From assembly GCA_965645245.1 (NCBI GenBank), contig OZ287082.1:1488001-1552000 (forward strand): a stretch of 64,000 nt of DNA, read 5' to 3'. The DNA comes from Massalongia carnosa. Taxonomy: Eukaryota. Shown here in pieces: positions 12,001-20,993 of the stretch (position 1 is its first letter; every line of letters starts with the position of its first letter). The position numbers and the translations under genes are program-made. The notes beneath the pieces were generated by a model. The model saw only the letters and a list, made by a program, of their open reading frames with translations, did not search any database and had not been told where the DNA came from.

Positions 12001-13106
12001 AATGGAATGGGGTATCGACTTTTCTCCGTGATATTATTCAGATCTCGATAATCTACGCAAAAGCGAAGACCCCCGCCTGGTTTCCTGACCAATAGTACCG
12101 GCGCGGCCGCCTTTGACGAGCTCGGACGAATAAACCCTTTTGCTAAGTGCTCATCTAGATATTTTCTTACCGCGGTCAATTCCTGTTCGGACATGGGCCG
12201 ATAATTCTTGATGAACGGGGGCTCGATCCCGGGCATCAAATTGATTTCGTGATCCTCTTTTCGATGAGGTGCCAACTCGTCTGCCTTAGCCCTCATGAAG
12301 ACTTCAATCTCGCCATGATAGGCCTCGGGTACTCGTTTTTTCAATTCTTCCAGAGTATATTCGACTTTGTCTTTCATGAACTTCTCATGATCGTCGCTGG
12401 TGACTGCGTTGATACTTGAAGCAGTCAGAAGCTTCTTCTCGTACCTATCTAACTTCTTGTTGAGCTTTTCCCTCGGATAGAAACAGTAAGTCTGATGACC
12501 CGATCTTCGAAGAAGTTTCATAAATCGCTTCGGGGTGAGGGACTGAATATCGAAATTTTCAAAGGCCTCGTTCTTTGCTGAGGCAGTCGTTTCCTTCTCC
12601 AAGATTGTGGATTCAAATTTTGAGACTGAATGAGATCGAGGTGCGCATCCCTTACTGACGCACCGATTGGAGAACGTCATGGTGCGTTCAACCCAATCAA
12701 TGTGAGGGTTATGCTCCTGCAGCCATCCATCACCGATGATCAAGGTATGATTACCTATGTCGGCCAGATAGCAGAATAACTTTTCCTCATGATCTCCGAT
12801 TCTGACGGGAACGATAACGGCCTTATCAATGATTTGATGGACTTTTCCATCCCCAAGTTCCAGTCTGACCCTGTCTCTTTTTTTTAGTCTAATGGTCTCT
12901 AGTTTTCTTTTGCGCGCAAAGGATTCATGAAGAAATTGAGCTTCACTTCCGTTATCGATCATCAACTGATTTTCATTAGAGGCTATACTACATCTAAATA
13001 AAAGATGCTTGCCCGGAACGAGATGATCGACAGAAAGAACAGATGCTCTAACAACCCTTAATGAAACTTCTCGACATTCCTGATGGCGACTATCATCAGG
13101 AATCAT
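9036..13106 (-). CDS. pol: Gypsy Pol: protease, RT, RNase H, integrase, chromodomain
   Basis: MIDNGS (protease), YLDD (RT), ETDASD...ELLAIV (RNase H), HHCC zinc finger, SLDF...HDRG...QTE (integrase), EYEVLEIVD...WQP (chromodomain). Confidence 0.97.
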   Translation of the reverse strand: MIPDDSRHQECREVSLRVVRASVLSVDHLVPGKHLLFRCSIASNENQLMIDNGSEAQFLHESFARKRKLETIRLKKRDRVRLELGDGKVHQIIDKAVIVPVRIGDHEEKLFCYLADIGNHTLIIGDGWLQEHNPHIDWVERTMTFSNRCVSKGCAPRSHSVSKFESTILEKETTASAKNEAFENFDIQSLTPKRFMKLLRRSGHQTYCFYPREKLNKKLDRYEKKLLTASSINAVTSDDHEKFMKDKVEYTLEELKKRVPEAYHGEIEVFMRAKADELAPHRKEDHEINLMPGIEPPFIKNYRPMSEQELTAVRKYLDEHLAKGFIRPSSSKAAAPVLLVRKPGGGLRFCVDYRDLNNITEKSRYPIPLISETLAKLAKAKWFTKLDVIHAFNRMRIKEGQEWLTAFNTRYGQFEYLVMPFGLCNAPSTFQSYINNSLREYLDYFVTAYLDDVLVFSETETEHIEQVLKVLRRLKERGLQLDIDKCEFSVSEVKYLGMFVGVNGVRMDPEKVTAILEWKTPASVKEVQSFLGFANFYRRFIERFSEKVKCLTELTRGEQYVTKGGKRRTKYQDFVWTTECQQAFEDMKISFTSAPILAHYDPRLETWVETDASDFVVSGILSQMHEGVLKPVAYFSKKMSPAECNYEIYDKELLAIVESFVIWRPELAGVEQSTKVYSDHKNLETFMTLKQLNRRQVRWAEMLAEYNFRIMYRPGKQGGKPDALTRREQDLPMDAEDDRTRYQYQVLLKENQLDDEVKQDLKLYVTTRSMANRERVEDNITTDSSDQIRDEEVEDLTVEEFTINSNDDSDAEKPDELLENLLAEAYQEDAMIQEVMKAKLENLKKLPDKILSNGLRLAMGDLEVRHERLYYKTRLFIPNFDKLKLRLLSDHHNPPMQGHPGYRGMYAKMLENYFWMSMKDDCRRYATNCSTCRRSKAYNDQKQGLLAPLPIPQRKWTDLSLDFVVKLPKCHRRGRTYENILVIVDRLTKRRLYEPMVDIGTKDVLEVLKRRVFSTYGLPNSIVHDRGTQLTAHLWKRICQRLGVKSKPSSAHHPETDGQTENANKVMKNYLRAYVRHAQDDWVDYLPDAEFAVNNHTNASTGMSPFFADHGYHPRSGSEPLQPFDSNVTGRAELMSADKITARQEAMTKWLIEHLTWAQADQMRYANESRAPHPDYKIGDMVYVNTKDFSVDKQSRSLSSKNAGPWKIIRNIDNKAYELEIPEHLKRVGLTPIFHPWKLHLAPTNPFPGQLIEPGPPILIQEDAESSPHEEYEVLEIVDCRETKKYGTQYKATYIGSWDDWNANPPWQPWTDFIRAKEEIRKFHTDNKGKPNAPKDVLFMNNSQPSTSGAAVSEEG

Positions 13107-14695
13107 TCTTTTTCCGAGTCATCGGACTCGGATGAGTCTTCTCGAATGGCGACTCTACTGAGATTCACTGCTTGCCTAATGCAACAGGGGTCTCGGCCCC
13201 TATGCCCTGATCCTCTGCACGACCAACATCGGCCCTGTCGTGACAGAGTCTCTCGTTCCCCGTCCTCCAACTTGGGCGGGTGAAGCGTCCCCTCGTACCA
13301 AGCTCCTACCCATCCTTCCGGTTTGGTCGAGACCTGTCCGAATTTCGAGTTCGGGTTGGCGGAGATGGCGGAGTTGGTCGTAGTCGCTTTTGGTTTGACT
13401 GTGATCGAGGTACTGGAGGTGGCGGTCGTGATTTTGTTTAAACCACGACCGACGGAAGAAGAAGGAGAAGTCGTCGTTTTCGCGGGCTTCTGAGATTCCG
13501 ACTTCGCGTACTTCTGATTCATCTCCTTTCTTCCCTGTTCGATTTTCCTGGCTTCATGCAAGAGGGTTTCTAGACTGATGAAGTCCCGTCCCAATAGAGA
13601 CAGCGCGATGTTCGGCCGCAGGGTGTCCTTGAACGTCTCAATTCTCTCATCCGCGGGGGTTTTTGCACGTTGCCAGAGTTTGAACATTCGATGATAGTAT
13701 TCAGTCACCGTTTCATCTTTGTTCATGCTTATTTCTTTCAATTCCTTCTTCGCGTCCTTTGTCAAATATGCTATCCCGAGATAGCTCTCAATTTCCTTGA
13801 AGAACGTATTCAAAGAGAGAGTGGGACCGGCATCCACTACCCAGGTGTGTATGGCGTCGAAAATGGGATCCTTCATCTGCGATAAGGCGTAGTCGATTTT
13901 CAACTCCTCACTAGTGTACATTGGGGAGTCGGTTCTGATTTTTCTTTCCACCGTAAACGCCCATGCACTATAGGCGTCTGAGTTGGAACCGTCGAGGGCC
14001 TCCTTCGGGTTGGTGCCTTTGGGTCGATAATTGCTTAAGGGGGCAGCGACGGCGGATTGATCTTCAGTTTGACCAGTCGATGAGGTCGACGTCTGAGTAG
14101 CTTCGCGAGCTAGACGTTTCATCTCTGATATTTCACGAATGAGGTCCGAGTTTTCCGCTTTGACCTTCTGAGTCTCCAATTTTTCAGCCGCGATATCCTC
14201 CTCAAATACTAGTCTCTCGTGATCCCAGCTCTTTATCATTCGGGTCCATTCTGCCTGTAGACCTTTTAGATCTTTGTTTCTTTTTTTCAAGTCCTGATAT
14301 TTCTCGATCAAAACCTCATGTTGTAGGAGCGTGCCGGCTAGAACAGTGTACCATATGTCGCCGTCTCCCTTTAGGACGAGGGCCCTTCTCAACTCTTCTC
14401 GATTGGCCACCTTGATGATCATAGCTGATTTCGACGGATTGCTTTCCGTCAGACTTCGATAAATGGCATAATTGCTTATGTCGATTTTCGGTTCTGAGGT
14501 CGGGGCCTCGATCTTCGGTTCCCTGCCTTTGTCTTTGTTTGTCGGCAAAACAGTGTCATTTTCCACCTCTTCGTCGGCGGGTTCATATTCGCCTGGTATG
14601 CTCTGTGTCGATTGTCGCGACATGGAGCGAGCTCTAGTGTTGAAGGCCGGCCCCGAGGGAGCGACATCTCTGCTGGATGATTCTAATGAGTTCAT
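13103..14695 (-). CDS. gag: Gypsy Gag
   Basis: 530-aa ORF after the 5' LTR with a capsid-like ETVTEYYHRM segment and zinc knuckle CWSCRGSGHRGRDPCC; stop overlaps the pol ATG (ATGA). Confidence 0.93.
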   Translation of the reverse strand: MNSLESSSRDVAPSGPAFNTRARSMSRQSTQSIPGEYEPADEEVENDTVLPTNKDKGREPKIEAPTSEPKIDISNYAIYRSLTESNPSKSAMIIKVANREELRRALVLKGDGDIWYTVLAGTLLQHEVLIEKYQDLKKRNKDLKGLQAEWTRMIKSWDHERLVFEEDIAAEKLETQKVKAENSDLIREISEMKRLAREATQTSTSSTGQTEDQSAVAAPLSNYRPKGTNPKEALDGSNSDAYSAWAFTVERKIRTDSPMYTSEELKIDYALSQMKDPIFDAIHTWVVDAGPTLSLNTFFKEIESYLGIAYLTKDAKKELKEISMNKDETVTEYYHRMFKLWQRAKTPADERIETFKDTLRPNIALSLLGRDFISLETLLHEARKIEQGRKEMNQKYAKSESQKPAKTTTSPSSSVGRGLNKITTATSSTSITVKPKATTTNSAISANPNSKFGQVSTKPEGWVGAWYEGTLHPPKLEDGERETLSRQGRCWSCRGSGHRGRDPCCIRQAVNLSRVAIREDSSESDDSEKE

Positions 14696-14728
14696 GTTTT
14701 CTGATTAGCCTAATGATTCTGATTGTAG

Positions 14729-14739
14729 GTCTGAAGATT
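14729..14739 (-). promoter_or_regulatory. Self-priming (Tf1-type) primer-binding site
   Basis: AATCTTCAGAC, 1 nt downstream of the 5' LTR, is the exact complement of GTCTGAAGATT inside the LTR (14789-14799), which lies about 30 nt downstream of a TATA-like TTATATA. Confidence 0.85.
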
Positions 14740-16481
14740 GTGTGAGGGATAAAACGAGTTCAATTTCAATAGCCTAGTTCTACACCAAAATCTTCAGACG
14801 AAGTCTAAAAGCTTTACTCGGGCGGAGTTCTATATAACCCCTGAAAAGTCGCTTCCTCGGCACATTACCTAATCGATGCTAGTCTGATGTCAGGTGACCT
14901 CAGGACCCTGACATGCTTAGACAAAGAGATCTCGTCCGAGAACCAAACGTAGGTTGTTCATAGAATAAAGACTAATTGCTAACGAATACTACAGGATTCG
15001 TTCTGGTATTTATCCTACTCACCCCGAGCCTATAGCCTTAGGAGCCTTGGAACCTTAGTAGCCTTGCAACCCACATCTGACCTTATCGCCTTACATCCAA
15101 CCATCCCTCAGGATCCATCTACGAACTCTGCGTTCGCTCGATTATCTAGTCAGCCTCGAGCAGCCTTCTAGACCTTCCCTTGCAAGGTAGAAGACTTCTA
15201 CCTCCGGCTAGATCCCTCACTACATTGCTAGCCTGCCTCTAAACATAAAGTCTAGACGCCGAGGCTATGTAGCTTCATTTCGCCGTCACCACTACCGACG
15301 TAGCGATGGAAGGTAAACTCCGATTGAATCTCTATCTTCACTGCGGACCTGCCTCTAGACACAAGGTCTAGACCACAAGGTCATGTAGGTTAATTCAGCC
15401 GACATCACTACCAACGTCGCAATAAAGGTTGAAGCTGAAGTTTACACCAGGGAGGCCGAGCTCAAGCTGCGTCCAGCTATCCGTGCCTCCTGCTACAACT
15501 CTTGATCCATCAAGAGATCGAGTAGCTCCGAGGAGGCCAGTAGATTCCATATAGAATTCATGGCTTCTCCACAGGAGTTCGCCTTATTCAATGGCAATCT
15601 ACCACCACGGCCTCGACAGGTGTTTAATCTGTAAGCAGTCTAGAACGTAGTAACAACTAATTCGGAGTTGTGTGGCAAGGTGGCGTCGTGTCAACCTTGT
15701 CGGCTATGCGACTAAGTACTACGAACTGGCTCATGCTAGTTAATCCCGCAACCGCCGTAGGCGATCACGTATCCCTCTAGCGCCATCCGTATCACAGTCG
15801 AGTATATCTTTATTCCTTCGATAATGATTTTAGTCCCATGAAATTCGTATTTATTTATATTTACTTGTAGTTTAGCTTCTCGTAATTTTGTTAAGACTTT
15901 TCGTGCATGCTTTTTATACCCTATAATGTTTTTTTAAAGATCAAAATCTCATCTAAATATGCTGAACAGCGTTTATCTAGATACTCAAAAAAAATATTAT
16001 TGATAAAATACTTTAAGAATGTCGAGTCTCCAATAAGTTAAAATGACAACATATTTTGCTTATATTATTCAAAGCGGCAATTAAAGTTAATTAAATTCTC
16101 GAATTTTATTGTCACTCGAAGTTTATGAAAGACCCGTCTAAAGTTTAACTTAAAAATTACTTTGACCTCTTTCAGTTGAGCGAAAATTTCGTTTATCAAT
16201 AATAATGAGTATCTGTCATTATAATATAATTAAGCTTTCGGGTATGTTATGAAGGCTTTCTTCCCTGAGAGGCTAGTATAAACTAATTTGTTTCAGCCTA
16301 AAGTGCGGTACAACATCTCATCTCATTGAAGAGACAACGGGAATGATCGAAACCGTGGGGATAATCACCGAGCGAAGGAACAACATGAACGCTGAATTCG
16401 AAAAATCGTTCGTGGTCGCGCACTCGCAGCAAAGAGATTATCTGCTGGACAAGATAAATGATTATCTTGTAGGAATAGGAG

Positions 16482-17865
16482 ATGAGGGGTGAACCGGAGG
16501 GGACCATGGTCCTGCAGGAAGTGAAAAATTTTCTCGAAAATCAGAGAAATTTCGACAACGACAACGACGATGACAAGACGTCGAAGACTCTAAACGTCAC
16601 GATAACAGAAATCCAGAAAAGCCTTGCTCGCATCGAAGGAGCAAAAGCAGTCACAACAAACTCGGATAAGTACGCCGCCGCTGCCACCAGAGGCCAGGCC
16701 GCTCAAGCCCCACCGGTCCCACTTCGCACGGAGCCAACTGCACACTTAAAGCACACCGAGCCCTCGCCTCAAGAGATTCGAAAGGCCAGGGAAATAACCA
16801 TCGTCATCCCGAACACAATAGACAAAGAAAAACTAAAGAACGTGACAACAAAAGATCTCGTGGAGACACTACAACGTGAGACGAAGGGGATTCGGGAAAT
16901 ATCACGTCTCATGAGCGGAGATCTCAAGATGCATACCGAATCTTTAGAGGCCAAAAAGCTCCTACAAGAGAAACCGGAGTGGGTTCAAATTGTAGCCGAA
17001 TCAGCCGCGATAAAGACACGAACGTACTCTATCAGGGTAAATGGTGTCAAGGTCGAAATATTAAAACCGCCAACCAATCGCAGGCTATAGAGTACCTACA
17101 GGCCGCTAACGTACGTCTGCACCCGAACCTGAAGATCAAGAAAATAGCCTGGTCCGTCAAAGCTATAGGGAAAAAAAGACGTATTCTACGCTACATATGG
17201 AAGTCGCATCCGCCGAATCGGCCAACCGGATCATAGCCGAAGGCCTTGTGGTCGACTATGAAATCAAAGATTGTGAAAGGTTCACCAAGGGATGTACCAT
17301 GACGCAATGCTTCAACTGTCACAAATACGGTCACATAGGTCGCTCATGTCCAAATCCTACCGCCTGTGGCCACTGCGCCGGGGGCCATCCCAGCACCGAA
17401 TGCAACATGGAAACGACGGGTAGATACCGAAGATGTGCTGCATGCAGTGAAAAAGGCCATGAAGCCTGGTCCACATCCTGCGAAATCAGGAAATCGGAAA
17501 AACGCAAAGCAGACAAGGCTATGCAAAATCGGGTTCCGTTTTATCCAGGCGCCTTCCCAACACCAACACTGTTTAGATTTCAAGAGGAAATAACAGTCAT
17601 AAATTCAACCGATACAAGCAGCAAAAAACGAAAGACCGCACCCCCACCAGGTTCACCGCCGATTCCCCCTAAAATCGGAATCACATGGGCGGACACGGGC
17701 ATCATGAATCCAGAGAACATGACAAAAGCTCTTGCAAAACCAGTTGTAGGCAGACCCCCAATCAGGCCGCGAGACGAGTCTACAGCTCCGATTACGCCTA
17801 GCTCCAACGCATCAATCAGCGCCGTCTCCTCGACTTCTCAGGTCGAAATCATGGACGTCTTATGA
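16482..17865 (+). pseudogene. LINE-A ORF1 (gag-like), frameshift near 17060
   Basis: QCFNCHKYGHIGRSC, CGHCAGGHPSTEC and CAACSEKGHEAWSTSC zinc knuckles. Confidence 0.88.
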
Positions 17866-20148
17866 GGGATAAAAATTCCCTCTCTATATTGCAATATAAT
17901 GTCAGAAATGACAGAGTAAGTACTATGCTACCTCTCTTAGCAGACCCCAATACTCAGGACTACGATATCATTGCTATTCAAGAAGCCTGGCGTAATCCCT
18001 CAGCTCTCACCACATTAAGTCCTCATCAAAGCGGCTTTCACCTACTATACCGCCCGAGCGGAGAAACAAGAGTATGTTTCTATATTAGTGACTCAATTGA
18101 TCCTGATAGCTGGGAAGTAAAATTTCCATCACCCGACATGTGCACGCTAATAATTCGCAAAAAAATTGGAGAAACGTCAGAAGTAATTCATATTCACAAC
18201 GTGTACAACCCTTCTCCCGCCTCTTACTCCTCCATAGACTGTCCGTCCACTCTACCAACCGTGAAACGTCAATTAACGGCAGGCGTAAAACACGTCTTAT
18301 TAGGGGATTTCAATTTACATTATCCTCTGTGGAACGACTTAACGAGAACAACTCAACATGCGAGTGCAGATCAGCTGTTAGACGTGATTGAAGAAGCTAA
18401 CCTTTCACTGACATTACCAAAAGGCACCATCACCTGGGAGGCAAGACAATCGTTCAGCACTATCGATCTTGTATTCATGTCGGACGACCTAGTCGCGAGA
18501 CTAGAACATTGCATGTCAAGACCTGAACTTAATCAATCGTCCGATCACACACCAATCTCAACTCGAATAACGCTTAACAGTGAGTCTCAAACAATTGTTG
18601 AATGCAGGGCCTGGAAGCGGGTAAACATGGAAAAATTGAGGGAAGCCGAAAAACGGGCTCCCCTTCCGTTCTCTCCCCGATCTCCGGACGAAATCGAAGC
18701 CTACACGATAACGATTCAAGAGTTCCTTCAAGAAGTCATAAACGCTACTGTACCATGGGCAAGACCCAGTAAGTACGCCAAGCCCTTTTGGAATGATGAA
18801 TGCAGTGTAATCACGAAAGAAACTCGCAGGCTTAGACGCGCCTGGACGAACTCCAGAGATCTTTCAGATTGGATAACGTACACGAAGTCTAATCATAGAA
18901 AACAAAAATTCATTCAAAAAGCCAAGAGACTGTCGTTCCGCAAGGAAATAGAAAAAGCTACTGAATCGCCTATGGGATTATGGTGGCTGGCTAAGTGGGC
19001 GAACGAAAAAAGTGAGAAGCCAAGAGAAATTCCAAAAATGCCTAGCCTCACCCGAGACGATCAAATAGCTTTCACGTTCGAGGAAAAAACGGAGATGCTG
19101 AAACAGAAATTCTTTCCACCTGCACCTCCTGCCGATCTCAGCGACATAGAGGGCTCCTTTTATCCTAGTCCTCCTCACTGTTCCCACAATCGTAACCAGA
19201 TCGGAAGTAACAGAATCGATACGCCGACTCAAGCCCGACACGGCCCCTGGTCCGGACGGAATAACCAACAGAATTGTAAAGGCGTGCTCCGAAAAGCTGT
19301 CCGATTTACTAACTCATTTGTTTCAAGCATGCATAGATCAGGCGTATCATCCACGCGCGTTCAAGACCGCAAACACAATCACACTGAGAAATATAGACAA
19401 AGATGATTATACGGCTCCGAACGCCTATCGTCCTATAGCACTCCTGAACACGCTTGGCAAGGTTATGGAATCCATCATGTCCAAGAAAATCACCCACATA
19501 GCGGAAACACACCGACTTCTACCCGATACCCAGATGGGTGCCAGAAGAGGAAGATCAACAGAAACTGCACTGGAATTGTTAACGGAACAAATCCACACAG
19601 TATGGGGACAAGGCAACGACAAAGTAGCCACTCTGTTGAGCATGGACGTAGCAGGAGCTTATGATACAGTGTCACATAGACGTTTAATCCATAACCTGCG
19701 CAAACGGAAAATTCCAAAATGGATTACTGACTGGGTAGACAGTTTTTTAAACGAACGAAGTACCACGCTAGCAATACATAGCCGAGTCATAGACATATTC
19801 GAAGTAAGAACCGGAATACCACAAGGCTCTCCTATTTCTCCTATCCTCTACCTTTTCTATAATGCAGACCTACTAGAAATATGTGAAAGACCAGGAACCA
19901 ACACGAACGCCATAGGTTTCGTAGATGACATAAACGTGTTAGCATATGGGAAAACCACGGAAGAAAATTGCAAAACGCTGGAGGAAATTCACAAGAAATG
20001 CGAAAGATGGGTCATTCGGCACGGATCGGTTTCTGCACCGAAAAAGTACGAACTAATACACTTGTCAAGAAATCCGAAGAAATTTAACATGACTGCTGTT
20101 GTTAAGATAGAAAACAGCATCATTAAAGCAAAAACAGACATTAGAATA
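17862..20148 (+). pseudogene. LINE-A ORF2 (APE endonuclease and RT), frameshift near 19185, truncated
   Basis: ILQYNV, IAIQE, LLGDFN, SSDH (endonuclease); YRPIALL, GIPQGSPISP, FVDD (RT). Confidence 0.92.
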
Positions 20149-20492
20149 GTTAAACCTAACAACCGCCTTGTCGCTATTCAAACTCGATACAGTCCTCAAA
20201 AGGCTGCGTTTTCGAATTTAATTATCGATTGGTCTTTATGAAGGCCTCCGGATCGATTTCTTTTCTAAACGCCGGCTACTGGCTTCTTTAGTCATTACTA
20301 CTGACATCCCTTTATCAAACAGTCATTACCTCGTGGTTTACTCGTTTATTAACCCACCCACCACCCAATTGATCTCCATTCCTCACTACTTTCCTTTTAA
20401 TTACGATCTTCGCCTACGCATTACCTCGATGTTCTTATTCCTCTCGGTTGCCGTTTCGCCGAATGCCGTGGGGGAGATGAGCACATTGAAAA

Positions 20493-20993
20493 CTAGTTCG
20501 TCTATGGCGAGAGCTAGTGCGGGACCGATGCTATTCGGCTACCAGCGGATTCGGCTACCAGCGGATTCGGCCACCAGCGGATCGGCTACCAGCGGTTCTC
20601 CACGCATGACGGGGACAACAGGTGATGCAAAATCCGGACCTCTTCGGTTTTGCACGGTTATCCGCCAGGAGCTGGTTCGGATAACGACGGGGGATCGGAT
20701 AGGGATGGATGGATGACAGGGGGGAGATGGAGGCTATATAGAGGGCCAAAGCAGTCCTACATCTCCTCATCATCTCGGATTCGGAGGTAGCACTGCATAG
20801 TAGTTTTTGACCCGCCCACCCACTCCAGGTCTCAGCCGCAGAGGTAGAGGGAGTATCCACCGCGATCTGCACCAAGGCCCGAAAGGGGGCGCTAGGTAGA
20901 GGCGCCGGCGAGAGTGACGGCGCCAGCGAGGTGCAGATCGCTGTGTTTCCGTCAACCTTAGAAATAGAAGCAATACGAGGTCACATGAACTAG
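20493..20993 (+). mobile_element. Non-coding derivative of a second, diverged DIRS/Ngaro-like family
   Basis: Collinear blocks shared with the termini at 43427 onward and with 31285-33465 (GGGACCGA, TCTCCTCATCATC, GATTCGGAG, CCCACTCC, CAGCCGCAnAGGTAGAnGGAGT, CAGCGAGG). Inverted ends CTAGTTC/GAACTAG; internal repeat of about 16 bp at 20537-20596. Confidence 0.65.

Larger units (their letters stand above)
8863..14913 (-). mobile_element. Intact Ty3/gypsy chromovirus (Tf1/MAGGY-like), 6051 bp
   Basis: Identical 173-bp LTRs (8863-9035, 14741-14913) with TG...CA ends, 5-bp TSD TGCTT, purine tract GAGGAGGGGTAG before the 3' LTR, and two uninterrupted ORFs. Confidence 0.98.
8183..15796. mobile_element. 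Older non-coding LTR-like insertion (8183-8862 plus 14914-15796) that hosts the young gypsy element
   Basis: Begins TGTCA, ends TCACA, interrupts the gypsy pol relic, is TpA-rich and has internal repeats. No matching TSD was found. Confidence 0.4.
7260..16240 (-). pseudogene. Ancient AT-rich Ty3/gypsy pol relic, split by later insertions (pieces at about 15797-16240, 8009-8182 and 7260-7674)
   Basis: Minus-strand translation gives EYLDKRCSAYLDEIL...HARKVLTKLRE (RT), FCNFYRRFV (RT C-terminus) and KKRVIKASALTHFN (start of RNase H), collinear across the insertions. Confidence 0.75.
16300..20148 (+). mobile_element. Tad1-like LINE (LINE-A), frameshifted and 3'-truncated
   Basis: ORF1 with CCHC knuckles is followed by ORF2 (endonuclease, RT); similarity ends abruptly after KTDIRI near 20148. 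The 5' boundary is approximate. Confidence 0.92.

Noticed and set aside
9086..14708. Short antisense and alternate-frame ORFs over TE genes (also in LINEs and copia elements)
   Set aside because: Shadow ORFs of long coding sequences with no recognisable motifs.
8178..15801. TSD for the older LTR-like insertion
   Set aside because: Flanks CTTAG and GTCGA do not match, so the boundaries remain tentative.
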